From Octopus bimaculoides (lineage: Eukaryota): a DNA stretch of 64,000 nucleotides. The position numbers and the translations under genes were made by a program. The stretch spans positions 94,264,409 through 94,328,408 of the forward strand of contig NC_068983.1 of assembly GCF_001194135.2 (NCBI RefSeq), in the 5' to 3' direction. Shown here piece after piece: positions 49,728-62,433 of this stretch; positions within the stretch are counted from its first letter, which is position 1; each line of letters opens with the position of its first letter. Under the pieces are notes generated by a model. That model was not told the DNA's origin. It saw only the letters and a program-made list of their open reading frames with translations, and did no database searches.

Positions 49728-51421
49728 AAAGCAAAGTCAATTCTTGTGGAATTTGAATTTAAGACTAAATACAGCAAAGTATTTAATCCAGAACTTTGTT
49801 TCTGCTACTCTATAGCTCTTAATAATTTCTTACATTAAGGTAGCAGCAAGCTGGCAGTATTTTGCCCATCTTTACATTCTGAGTTCAAGTTTTGCTGAGG
49901 TCATCTTTGCCTTTCATCTCTTTCATTGAGGTTGATAAAATAAGTACCAGTTGAGCTCTGGGGATGATGTAATCGACTTACCCCAACCCATGAAATTGCT
50001 GGCCTTGTGCCAAAATTTGAAAGTAATTTCTTACAATTTCTTACAATTGTCATAGTGGGAACAGGGTGGGGAGCACAGTTAATTAAATTGATACTAGTTC
50101 TTGACTGGTGTATATTTTATTGACCATAGCAGGAGGAATGAAAAAGACAACCTCCGGTAGTATTTGAACACAATGCAAAGAAACAACTAAATTCTACTAG
50201 GCATTTTGTATGTCACTTTTGATTTTGCTATCCACCAACCTTAAATCTTATTATAGTCCAACCCATGCTAGCATGGAAAACAAGTTAAATGATGATGACT
50301 ATGTGTTTATATGCATTTATGTAAGAGAAACTTCCCCTTCATTCACCTTCTTTCAGCAAGTTAAACTATAGCAATTTTGATGAGTAATAATTTTAAGAAA
50401 TAAACAAACCTCAACATACCAAAACACAGGACTGAACCAGGGATGTTTAGGTCTTTAATCTTATGCTCTTCTGTTTGAACTATTCTCACTATCTGCAAAT
50501 GGTCTCCTGATTTGAACTGATATATATTTGTTCTAATTAAAATGATAATATTTTAGTAATGTTACCTAAACGAAATATATGAAGTAATGTGCAGATGAAA
50601 TCATTCCAGTGAATTTTTATACAATTTTACATTTTTTTTACATGTTTTAAATTTGTCTGAAATCTATAGATCTATATAAGTGATGGAACCAACAGTATTT
50701 TTACTAACACTCATCTTAATGCAAAGCACCATCAGGTTTGGTAAATACAGACTACAATTTAGTTATCACTCAATCTGCTGAAAATAGCAGCCAAAAGTCT
50801 TCCAAATTACAATTCTAAATATAGGCTACAGTGACTGATATAATTCTTGATGTATGTATGGCAAGAATCTCAACTGGAACATCTTTCATCATCATTTTTT
50901 TAAGTACAACTGATCTGGAACTACACCATAACACCAAAGTTTACCTTCAGCTCAAAACAGTGGGCTTTCTGTTGATATGTGAACTGCTAGATATAGCAGC
51001 CAAATTTCCCTAAAATTGTGCCATACCATCTTATATTAGAAAAGGATATGTTTGAAAGTGTTGTCCCATATATGCAAGTGTTGTCCCATATATGGTATCT
51101 GTCAGTCATGTAGACTATGGTGAGCATCTAGATCAAGAGCAAATTTTGTAATGACTATGAGTTCCAATCTTCAATGTACAATCTCGGTCACAGATATTAT
51201 ATAATATATCCTTATTCCAATGATGGACAGAAAACCACTTGGAAGGCAGTTTTCCTATTACAATTTGATAATGCTTTAAAACTTTTGATGTTATTTTATT
51301 AGTGTGAAGTGTACTATTGCCTATTATTAGATTTGTACATACACACATGCAAGTTATATACAAATATTGTTTTGAAGATGGCTGTTTTATTGTTACTCAA
51401 AATACAAAACATGTATTTCAG

Positions 51422-51495
51422 AAACCAAAAAGTCAAATCAGACACTGTCCAGTCAAAAATGAAATTGTGTTGGATATTGTTTCTCTTATGCAAAA
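51422..51495 (+). CDS. RB1: RB1 coding exon 7
   Basis: tattttCAG / GTATGT; NQKVKSDTVQSKMKLCWILFLLCK(S), cf. human LKVSWITFLLAK; 74 nt, phase 2 to 1. Confidence 0.88.
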
Positions 51496-52745
51496 GTATG
51501 TATTACAAAACAGTTTCAAAAATTTATTTATTGCTGATATGTTATTATATTTTATTGAAAGTGAATGCAAGCATCACAACATAGAAATTATCATTAATTG
51601 CAGTGCTTTTCTAGTTTGGCTATAAGTGTAGAGTCAATTGATAATGTAGATGGTCATATTTTCAAAAGTGGTCCAGAATGTCAAAAATAATATTAGAATA
51701 GTACTCCATAAGAGGGTATATTTAGGCTGTGTAAAAACAAAGCTTCTGGTGGAAGTTCTGTATTGCACTAAACAACTGGGATTTGGGTGAGACTAGAGGC
51801 ATCCAATATATGTATAGATGAAAGTTGGTCATCAGAAAGGGAAACCTTTGATTGAAATTAGACTTCCTCTTCATCTTCTATATGTGCAGATCTCTTCTAA
51901 TGTGACAAATCTGCTCAGTCCAGTGATTAGTCTTAATGACATTCCCTCACCTGTTTCTAAAACTTGCTTCTAATTCTTCCTTTGACTTTCCAGACTATGT
52001 AACCTCCCACTATCCAAACATATTTATTTATCTAAAAATATGAAAGCACCCTGTTATATATTTTTACTGATGGCGCCATCTTTTGTTTCCCTGCTTACAA
52101 TCACAGATTAAGATTTTTCAATTACCTAATGCATTTTCTTCCCTTAGCATGAACTTGTATCATATTCTTCAATGCCTACAAGACTCAGATCTATCTCTAT
52201 ATCTTAGGTCATTAGCTGAACAGTATCAAGTCAATTTCGTGTATTTTCTGTTTCTTAATTCAATACCCAATATTTTGTTCTGATTTGCTGTTTTAAGAGT
52301 TGTCTCAGTACCCCAAAAAGGAACTAAGAGCTAACTTTTGGAGCTAGATAATTTCCTTAAAAATAAAATTGCTAGGGAAAATTGTATTTTGTAAGTAGAA
52401 CTTGCTATTGGGGATTACTTAAAAAATTTTGGGAATTGGTTGAGAAATCTATTTAAATAAATTGTTGGTTCTAATGAAGTTTTGTTTTTTAATTCAAAAC
52501 TTTTTTTTACCAGGATTAGAATTAGGATTAGAGTATAGCCAGTATCACTTTGGACCAAGATGCTTTTACTCTGGACCCATCTGAATCTTGATATTAACTT
52601 GATGTGACAGAGATCAGTATTGTCACTTCTAGTTATCATGCAGACATGTATGAAGAACAATATATAATCACATCTTGAAATATATTTCAAATAATTCAAT
52701 TTCTGTGAAGTGTTTATGATGTATTTGTTTTATTTCTCCTAACAG

Positions 52746-52856
52746 GCTCTTATATGAATGGTAATGCTGAGATGATTTCATATGTTCACATGCTGATCTG
52801 TATAGTACACTATGTTGCTACACAAACTACTGCTGACATGTTGAATTCTCCTTATG
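52746..52856 (+). CDS. RB1: RB1 coding exon 8
   Basis: cctaaCAG / GTAGGT; SYMNGNAEMISYVHMLICIVHYVATQTTADMLNSPY(D), cf. human [31 protein letters not shown]; 111 nt, phase 1 to 1, same length as human exon 7 as recalled. Confidence 0.88.
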
Positions 52857-52921
52857 GTAGGTATAAACCTACACACATTCATTCTTTCTCTCACACACAC
52901 ACAGTGTAATAGTTAATACAT

Positions 52922-52968
<47 letters not shown>

Positions 52969-53789
52969 GTATATATATATTGGAATAGTTGTTCTTGAAG
53001 CACACATAAAGGTATATACAGGGTGGCATATGAAAAGTACCCCAAGTTCTGTAGCATAGTGTAAATACAGAAATAAATTTACTCGTTTGCTCTTATCATC
53101 CACTTTTAATTGCTGTACACATGTGAAATGATATGGCTTCAATTTTAGACTTTGGCATGTAGTGTATCTGAGGTTACTCAGCCTCACAGAGCCCCTAATG
53201 TTTGAAGCTAATCTCTGAGCAGGAGTGAAACTCAGTATTGTATGTTAACAATAACATGGTCATCAATGAAACAGTTCTCCAACTGCTTACAACATTGAAC
53301 TGTAAATAGGTGCCCCATGTTACTTAGCATTACAGCTAAGAGATGAGTTTATTGTCTTTATAATAAACATGTGTAAACTGGTGACTAAATATAAATACAC
53401 ACACACACGGACTACATATGTAATGGATGCACACAGGAGTGATTTCACAATTTTTATGATATTTTACGAACAATGAATCCCACCATAATGCCTATTTCTT
53501 ACAGACAACATGAGGTGGCCTAATGTACTAAAAATAGCAGATAAATTTTCCTCAAACCACTTCTCCTATGAAAGAAAGGATATGTTTGAATAATGAGATA
53601 AGAGATATTATATCTGAATAAAAAAATGAAATGGTCATTCCTTGAACTCATTTGATCATAGATCTGCTGTATCACCACTGACGTGGAGATAAACAACTAG
53701 ATACACAATATATTATATACTAGCTGCACTACGTACATGTTATAACACTCTACACATTTACACATTATTGCTAGAATACTTTTATTTGT

Positions 53790-54140
53790 GGGCTTACAAG
53801 TCTCAGAGAAACAACACAACTACTATTACTCCTAAAAAGATAAATGTAAAGACTCTCTTTGGTCACGAATGACCATGGGATTGCACCTAAAAAGTTTGCC
53901 TCTGAGGCACAAGGTTGTTTATGGAAGGCCAGCAGTTACCCATGAATACCAGTCTCCCTTCTCCATGCCACTGATGTTGTCCAAGGGAAAGGCAAAGTCA
54001 AAACTCATTTCTACTGCTAAGTGAACTGAAGCAATGTAAAATAAAGTGTGTTGCTCAATAACACTACACACAGCCCATTTCAGGAATTGAACTCACAATC
54101 TCATGATTATAAGCCCGACACTCTAACCACTGAGCCAGTC
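53790..54140 (-). mobile_element. SINE family C (related copies at about 56545-56800, 47390-47590 and 10770-10870)
   Basis: Shared ctgagtg(a/g)actggagcaatgt(a/g)aaataaagtg..ttgctcaa segment across copies. Confidence 0.6.
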
Positions 54141-54329
54141 ACCACTGTATAACACTTTCTTCATTAAAGTTACATTTTTGTTGTGCCAAAATGAACTAAT
54201 ATTTTTTATATCTTTTACTTGTTTTAGTCTTTAGACTGTGGCCATGCTGGGGTGCCACCTTGAAGAATTTTTATTTGAATCATCCCCAGTACTTATTTTT
54301 TTTTTTAAGTATGGTATTTATTCTACCAT

Positions 54330-55065
54330 CTCTTTTGCTGAACCTCATAAGTTCTTGAATTAGTGGGTGCAGAGTCTTGTACAAACATGACTTGACTTAC
54401 ATCATAATGCTTCCTAATCCAAGGCAACAAAACTTCTAAGATTTTGAGATACTCTGCTGTGATGATTTTAAGACCCGCTTCAATAAAATGAGGAGGCATC
54501 AATTTCCCATCACTTGCAACTGCTCCAAAGACGATTATGAAAGGCGGATTCTTGCTATGCATAGATGAAGGAACTTGGGAAGGGTCATATGCTATCACTT
54601 GTGAGTTCTGACGGTTTGCAACTTCATCTACTATGAACTTCTTTTCATCCATAAACATGTGGATGTCTTTGCTACGATGTTTCAGATGACTAAGAAGTTT
54701 TGGACTTCTTTCTGCTCAAATGGCTTTAGAGTGGGTAGTTAAGATGTTATGGTGTCTCCTCACATACAATTTCATATGGAGGTCTTGTTTCACAGCCCTA
54801 GAAATGGTCATTTTACTGATTCCTCAATCTTGAGCCAACTTAGCCATTGATTTTGATGGGTTTGACTCAATTGGTCTTTGAAGTCCTGTTAACTTTCGAG
54901 GTGAGCTTTTTCAGTTACTACAAGGACTGTGAGGCTTTCTCTGAACATCCTGATTTTTCTTCAAATTGGCTACAACTCTAAAAACAGTAGATTTAGCATA
55001 CTTTGTGGCTCTAACAATCGCCCCAGCGCTTTTGCTGGCACGGAATAATTCAGCAATTACACTTC
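54330..55065 (-). mobile_element. Tc1/mariner-superfamily transposase relic, maT (DD37D)-like
   Basis: N-terminal HTH-like IAELFRASKSAGAIVRATKYAKSTVFRVV; catalytic-region MDEKKF..NRQN..VFGAVASDGKLMPPHF...QDSAP; truncated before the third acidic residue by a SINE tail. Confidence 0.8.
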
Positions 55066-55371
55066 TGGCACATAAAAAGTACCATCCAAACGTGGTCGAT
55101 GCCAGCCCTCTCTGGCTCCTGTGCCAGTGGCACATAAAAGCACCATCCAAACGTGGTCGTGGTCATTGGTTTCTGATTTATATTAGCAAATTATTTTATT
55201 TGCTAATATAAGTCAGAAACCAATGGTTTAGGAGCTAGATGGTAAATGTTTTTATTTTTCATTTCTTTCGAAATTTTATCCCTAACAGTGGTTTCGAACT
55301 TAGCTGTTCTTTCTAGCATGAGAGAATCCTATGATGGATATCTCTTATGTGTTAAAATGTACATTGTATTG

Positions 55372-55404
<33 letters not shown>

Positions 55405-55708
55405 CGATGGGCTTCTTTCAGTTTCTATCTGCCAAATCCACTCACAGGCTTTGGTGGTTGGCCTGAGGCTATAGTAGAAGACACTTGCCCAAGTTGCTGT
55501 GAAGTGGGACTGAAACCAGAACCAAGTGGTTGGGAAGCAAACTTCTTATCACACAGCTACTCCTCTGTCCATTTCTTTTTGCCATTAGTATATAGTCTTG
55601 TCATAAATTGTGTGTTGGAGGGTGGTGTTGGAGGGTGGTGGTGGAAAAACGTAGAAATATGAATTTATGTAATAAAAATACTCATTGAGAATTATTTTTG
55701 TTTTCCAG

Positions 55709-55794
55709 ATGAACTTCAGAAATCTAGCACTGACCCCAACTCTACAGAAATGCTCTCACAGTTAGCTGAAGACTTCCATACTAGCTATAAGGAG
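55709..55794 (+). CDS. RB1: RB1 coding exon 9
   Basis: ttttcCAG / GTAAAT; ELQKSSTDPNSTEMLSQLAEDFHTSYKE, cf. human IIEVLCKEHECNIDE; 86 nt, phase 1 to 0. Confidence 0.82.
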
Positions 55795-55829
55795 GTAAAT
55801 AGTTCTTTGTTTATCTTTTGTCTTGAATT

Positions 55830-56190
55830 TTTTATTTGTTTCAGTTATCAGACTGTGGCCCTGCTGGGGAACCATCTTGAAAGGTTTCATCAAACAAATC
55901 AAACTTATTTTTTTAAGCCTAGTACATATTCTATCAGTTACTTTTGCGAAATTGCTAAGTTACAGAGATGTAAACAAACCAACACTGGTTGTCAGTTGGT
56001 GGTGGGGGACTAATACACACACACACACTCACTCACACGTGCTGGGCTTCTTTCTATTTCTGTCCACCATATCCACTCACAAGGCTTTGGTTGGCTTGGG
56101 GTCTACAGTAGAAGATAATTGTCCTGGGTGCCATGCTGTGGGACTGAACTCAAAACCATATAGTTGGGAAGCAATCCTCTTACTACACAT
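55830..56190 (-). mobile_element. SINE family A (a second partial copy at about 55405-55560)
   Basis: Same head, core and tail; the two copies flank RB1 exon 9. Confidence 0.7.
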
Positions 56191-57720
56191 GCTAGTTTAT
56201 TTTTTAGTGTCTGGAATTTTCATTTTCAGTGTCTGAAATTTTTTTACTGTCAGAGTAAAAAAACCTGCAACAGCAACTGTCATAGATGTGTGACTGATTT
56301 GAACTGTTACTGGAAAACAAAATTGGTGAAAACAACTTGAGCAAGAAGAAAAACTTATCCAGATTGGCTTACAAAATAATTTCTGAATGAGCAAAAACCA
56401 TATTCCACTCTCTCTGTCATAGTCAAGTAGTAGTAGGAAGGGCATCAAGTAAAAGCAAACAATCCCTCTCATGAAAGCATGGGAAAATACAACTAAAAAT
56501 ACTTACAATTCTTCTATTGGCATGTCCAGAAACATTAGAGGTATAAAGGGTAAAAAGCCCCTTTGGTCATGAATGACCATGGGGCTACACTTAGAAAGTT
56601 ACCCTCTGAGGCATAAGTACAGGCAAAGTTGTTTGTGGAAGACCAGCAGTCACCCATGCATACCAACCTCCTCTCTCCATGCCACTGATGTTATCCAAGG
56701 GAAAGGCAGATATAGCTTGGCACCAGTGACATCACAACTCATTTCTACAGCTGAGTGAACTGGAGCAATGTGAAATAAAGTGTCTTGCTCAAGAAGACAA
56801 CACACATATATAGATGACAGAATTGGTGCAGGTTATTATTGGTATTTATTTATCAAACTTGGAATGTTAAAAGACAATGTTGACTAAATACAAAATCCTT
56901 TGGAGGAAAAATAAACTGAAGTGAACAACAGGCAAATTGAAGCTCTTGCAACTTAGTATGAATACTTGCTGATCAGAACATTCATACACAAATACATCAT
57001 CAACATCATTTTAATGTCCAATTGTTTTCCATGCTCACATGGATTGGACAGAATTTGTTGAGGTGGATTTTCTCCAGCCAAATGCCTTTCCTGTCACCAA
57101 CCTTCACCTGTTACCTAGTGGGGTAATATTTCCCATGACCAGACAACATACAAGCTTACAACTGTCATGTGAGGATAAGGCAAAGAGACAGTAATGCTCC
57201 ATCCACATACATATATGTGTATATGTATTTATACACACACACACATATATATACACACACCAAGCCTCTTTCAGTTTCCTTCTACTAAATCCACACACAA
57301 AGCTTATTTTGTCTGACACGCTGATTCTACTAAAGGTACAAAGCTTGAAATTTTGTGGGGAGGGGACTAGTTGATTTCACTGCTACTTAATTTATCGACA
57401 CTGAAAGGCAAATTTGACCTCTGTGGCATTTAAGCTCAGAATGTAAAGATGGCAAAATGCAGGTGTGGCAACAATTCTGCCAGTTTGCTGCCTTGATGTT
57501 TTCTTTAATAATAATGACAACAGGCTGTTCCTGTTTTTTTTTTTGTTTTTTTTTTTTTAAATGTCACTGCAACTTTAATCTTTCCATTATGTTTAATTTG
57601 AAACCTTTCACATTAAATAGAGCAATTGTTGCTGTTATTTTGCTGATAAATTTTAATCATTTTATGAACCACTATAAATACTTAATTGATAAATTATAAA
57701 TTTTTCATGTTCTCTTACAG

Positions 57721-57792
57721 CTTCAGCCTGTCCAGAAGGCGGTGGCACAGTTTGTCAATTCAATTGTATCTTATACCAATGGCAATTTAGAT
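57721..57792 (+). CDS. RB1: RB1 coding exon 10
   Basis: ctcttaCAG / GTAAGT; LQPVQKAVAQFVNSIVSYTNGNLD; 72 nt, phase 0 to 0, equivalent to human exon 9. Confidence 0.82.
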
Positions 57793-57847
57793 GTAAGTAG
57801 TTATATTTCAATAATATGTAGTTACTTAATACATCACATATTTTTAC

Positions 57848-58031
57848 GGGGGGGGGGGTGCAGTCAATTAGATTGACCCCAGTATGCAACTGGTACTTAA
57901 TTTATTCACCCCGAAAGGATGAAAGGCAAAGTCGACCTCGGCGGAATTTGAACTCAAGAACGTAAAGTCAGACGAAATACTGCTAAGCTTTTCGCCCGAC
58001 GTGCTAATGTTTCTGCCAGCTCGCCACCTTA
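57848..58031 (-). mobile_element. SINE family B, young copy with intact CpGs
   Basis: Reverse complement of ggcagaaacattagcacgtcgggcgaaa..gtcgactttgcctttcatcctttcggggtg..; TACATCAC occurs on both sides (possible TSD). Other family B copies at about 15650-15832, 18035-18232, 20965-21165, 49843-50020 and 63090-63280. Confidence 0.8.
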
Positions 58032-58239
58032 CATCACGTGTATATTAATATATGAATGAATGTTTGAAAGATCTTCTGCCACCCCTTTTTTATGTATTAT
58101 CGCCTATCCTCTCTTCTTTCATGACCCATTCCTATTTTCCTTACATTCTCCCAAACTTCTGCCAACCCATAGCCCTTTTTGTTTCCTAACTAATAATAAT
58201 GCTTTTACTATATTTTATTTTATTTAACCATTGTTATAG

Positions 58240-58370
58240 GTTGATGAGATGGAGAAATTTTATCTGAAGTCTTACCAGGCTAGTGGAGATATAAATGAGC
58301 TTCTCTTCTTAGTCAATGATCCCATTGTTGTTACTTCAACTCCCATCAAACACAGAAAGCCATCACCTCG
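58240..58370 (+). CDS. RB1: RB1 coding exon 11
   Basis: tgttaTAG / GTATGT; VDEMEKFYLKSYQASGDINELLFLVNDPIVVTSTPIKHRKPSP(R), cf. human [24 protein letters not shown]; 131 nt, phase 0 to 2. Confidence 0.9.
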
Positions 58371-59070
58371 GTATGTCTCTTACATGAGTTGTTATTATTG
58401 TTATGGAGTATTCTGATAGCCCACAGAACAAAATGCATTTTTGTATGTTAGTTTTAGTGAAACCTTCTTATCCATGTGATAGCAGTTATGGACATCGCAT
58501 CCTAAATCATAAGATGCAGTAAGGATATAGCTGTTATCTCACACTTTTTACTTTTTGGCATTTTTGTGGTTACTTTAATGTTATTGTAATTGTTGGTGTA
58601 GTTAATGCTATTGCAATTAAATGTGTCAGTTTTTTATTAGCCTCAACCAGGTCTGGTCAAGATGTCTTTTATTTAGACATATGTAAGACTACATTAGCCA
58701 ACATGTGCTTCTGTTTTTAATATTATAGACAGAGATTTGTATGATGGGTGATAAGAGGAATGAGGACAAATGTATCAGGTGGGTTTGGTTTGCTTTGAGC
58801 AAATAGCACTTACTATTTTTCTAGCACTAAAATAGGCAAAGGGAAGGGACAGCATATCTGTAGGCCTGCCAGAGATTGTAATGTGTTGGTGAGTGAGTGT
58901 TTGCCTAACAATTAGATGACATTCTTTTAGATTCAGCTTAGAAATTTTGTATATGTGGAGCAACAGTGGGAGGTGTACTCTATAACGAGTTTTACTTCAA
59001 CTTTGTAGAGGGTTGGCAGTTGGTCAAAGCTGAAACATCTGGTGCTGCATAGAAAAGCTAGGTTTTGGAA

Positions 59071-60312
59071 TACAGTTTTAGCTGTATAGGCTGACCAAGA
59101 TACTCTCATGAAATGTGACCAAATGAAATTTATTTTTCAACATAGTCCCCCTTGCAGTTCACATACTTCGTCCATTGGAGTTGCAGTGCTTGGATCCTAT
59201 TGGTGAAGAAGTTTTCATTCTGTTGGTCAAAAAAGTCATCAACAGCAGATATGACGTCATCATCACTGTGATACTGGTTCCCAGCCAAATGTTTTTTCAT
59301 GTTGAGGAACAATTAATAGTGAGATGGGGCCACATCAGGAGAAATGAAAGAGTGATCAACCAGTTCAAAACCGCAGTCATGGCTAGCAGCCATTGAAACT
59401 AAGGACTTGTGTGCTGGAGCATTACCCTGATAGAACAAAACCCCTTCCATCAGTTTTCCTGGGCGTTTGGTCTTGAAAGCTTTTTGTAGCTGCCTCAGCA
59501 AGTTGGCATAGTACTCTCCTTTGATGGTGTGGCCCTTTAGAAGATATTCAATAACACAATGCTTTCTGCATCCCAAAAAACAGAAACCATCACCTTCCCT
59601 ACAGACCTACAGAGGAAATGACCTTGGTCTTTGAAGCAGATGAAGAGAGGTGTTTCCACTGCATGGATTGTCTCTTTGTCTCTGACTCAAAGTGATGACC
59701 CCAACACTCATCCTGCTAAGGAAACCAGCTGGATCTGCCTTTAACAATGTCAGATTTTCTCTTGATGTGATCAGCGTGGTCATTTTTGATCAGATGTCAG
59801 AAGACGTGGTACGCACCAAGCAATGACCTTTGTTAGGCCAACTACATTGTGCAGAATATTCTCAATTCCTCATGGGATATGCTAATAGCATTTACAGTCA
59901 GTTGCCTGTCATCCATTTCCATGTGGTGAACACAATATTTTCCTCTGGTAGCAGTTACAGGACATTCAAACCTTGGGTCTTCTTTAAGAATTTCCCTTCC
60001 CCCCCTAAGTTCAGCTGCCCACTTTTGGACTTGATAAAACTGGAATGTCATCCCCTAATGTAACAATCATGTCAGCATAAATGTCCTTGGTGGCTAAACA
60101 CGTTTTCTGCAGGTACTTGATAACTTCGCAATGTCAACTTTAGTCACTACTGGTTACTTTTGAAGTGTTCTTTGAACAGTCAGGCATCAGTTTGCCTGGA
60201 AAGAAACAATGCACTTATTAATAAGAAGAGTTGAAATTAATACATGAAAAATTTCACAGCTTTAGCATCACTCCTTCATAGTCAGCCTATAAATTTTTTA
60301 GTATATCTTTGT
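59071..60312 (-). mobile_element. Near full-length mariner (Mos1/Hsmar-like) relic
   Basis: Fragments VQKWAAEL..GRE.LKEDPR, GEYYANLLRQL, QGNAPAH..SPDVAPS, KYVNCKGDYVEK*; TIR remnants TATAGGCTGAC at 59085-59095 and its reverse complement at 60281-60291; about 1.24 kb. Confidence 0.88.
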
Positions 60313-62394
60313 ATTTTGTTCAACATTACAGAGTGTGAGGTACAGGATTATTTTGTTGATATGTGCAGGGATTGTGTCATTGTGCTATTGAAAAAGACCT
60401 GTAGCCATGTTGCCAATATGTTTGTGAAATATTTGCTCATGCAAGTTTGGAATGAGATGTTTGGTGGTGTGTGGAAAAGTCATTGTGTTTGTGATTATTG
60501 TTGGTGTTATGAGCTCTCTTCGAGAATAGAAGTAACTGATGGAACATATAATTGTGGAGTTACTTCCTAGAAAGATCAAACTCTTGTGAGAGTGTCAGAA
60601 CAACCACTGGACTACTCAGTCAAGTTGCTCATGCAACTAAAGGCTTTCACTATCCGCAATCACTTTCTTATCTGAATCACTTGAAAAGAAATATTTACTG
60701 AGCAAGTTTTTATATGCTACACTCTAGGGTGGATTTCAGTTACTATTCATATGAGAACATCATTTGTGTATGCAATGTTTGCAGTTGCGACAGGGTTATT
60801 AACAACACACCTGTGATGCATCAACTCTCTGTGGCATCCTCTGCATATAGAATAGGGGGTTAGGTCTTGGTCATGTTTGCTTGAAGGATTTGGAGTACAA
60901 AACCATCTTTTTGACTTAAAAGGTTTCCGAACCGACATATCAATAGATTCAGCCATTATTACAATATCATCAGCACAAAAGCATCATTAGAACAACTGTA
61001 TTTTGAACTCACCTGACATACCTCCTTATATTGGTAGTAATTTTGCACAAACATTCTGTTCAACATTACGGAATATGAGATAAAGGATTGTTTCATTGAT
61101 GTGTGCAATGATTGTCTCTTTGTGTTATTGAAAGAGATAAGATACTTGTGTTGCCATTGGAGAATGTTTTTGAAATATCAGCCCATGGATGCAGTGCAGG
61201 TTTGGAATGAGATGTGATGTTTGATGGTATATGAATAATAAACATACATTATTGACACAACTGTTACCACTCCAGTTACCTTATGTCTCACCAAAGCACA
61301 CCTCTAGACATATATTCAGTTCTTCATCATGATCATAATCATCATCATCATCATTTAATGTCTGTTGTCCATGTTGGTATGGATTGGATGGTTTGACCAG
61401 AGTGGCACACTGAGGAGCTGCATCTTCCTAATGCCAACTACTTTACAGTGTGCTGGGTGCTTTTATGTGGCACTGCATAGGTACTTTTACATGGCATTGG
61501 CATGGGCACTCTTACAGGGCACCGCACAGATGCTTTTACATGCTTTACACCACCCAAGGGACTGGTCTTAACACTTCTGTACAGCAAGGTACTAGGCATC
61601 TTGGTCCTTTGTCATCTCACCTAAAAGATTCAGTGTCCTGAGGTCATTCTTCAGTACTTCAGCCCATGTCTTCTTAGCCCAAACAAGTCATTTACTAAGC
61701 ATTTTTCCGTGATTGTTATGAATTATAATATCCTATCATTAATTCCTTTCTACAATAGTAAATGATAGATAAAAATATAGATATCTTATTTTGTGTTGAG
61801 TATGAAAATGCGGCATAATGTTGAATGACATTGATAGATGGATACTGTCTTTACCTAATATAAAACAACGCGTCTTAATCGTTGGACAGCCATGATCAAT
61901 GGATTAAACGGCGAGCAGAATAAAGTTTGAATAAAAGCCTTCTTTGAATTGGTTTATGACAGTGATGTTAACATTTATGCAGTTATTATCCATTCTCATC
62001 ATATATTTAATATTCTTGCATACAATGTCCAATTTTAAGTAATTTTCTTGTATCTATTTGCACTATTTCAAACACAGCATATACATAAATTGAATCAGTT
62101 AGGTCATTCCTCACTGGTATATGCATGTATCTCACAACATCTGTAAATATATATATATATTCCTTCTAACAATGCATAGAGAAAAATATCAAGAAATGTA
62201 TGTCAAAATATTGTTTTCTATCTAACTTGGAATTTTACTTTTAATGCTAATTAAAATAATTTACTTTAATATTTCATTACTAAGGTAAAACTTTGAGACA
62301 TCTTTGTATTTTTATTAAATTAATGCAGTAACTTTTCCAGTTATTCATAATATAATTTGTAAATATCATTGATGTTTTTAAAATTCTTTTGCAG

Positions 62395-62433
62395 ACCTGA
62401 GGATTCAGTAGTTGCTCCACTCACACCAGTTCG
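62395..62433 (+). CDS. RB1: RB1 coding exon 12 (RbN-pocket linker, T373-equivalent TPVR)
   Basis: cttttgCAG / GTAAGT; PEDSVVAPLTPV(R), cf. human VIPPHTPVR; 39 nt, phase 2 to 2. Confidence 0.88.
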
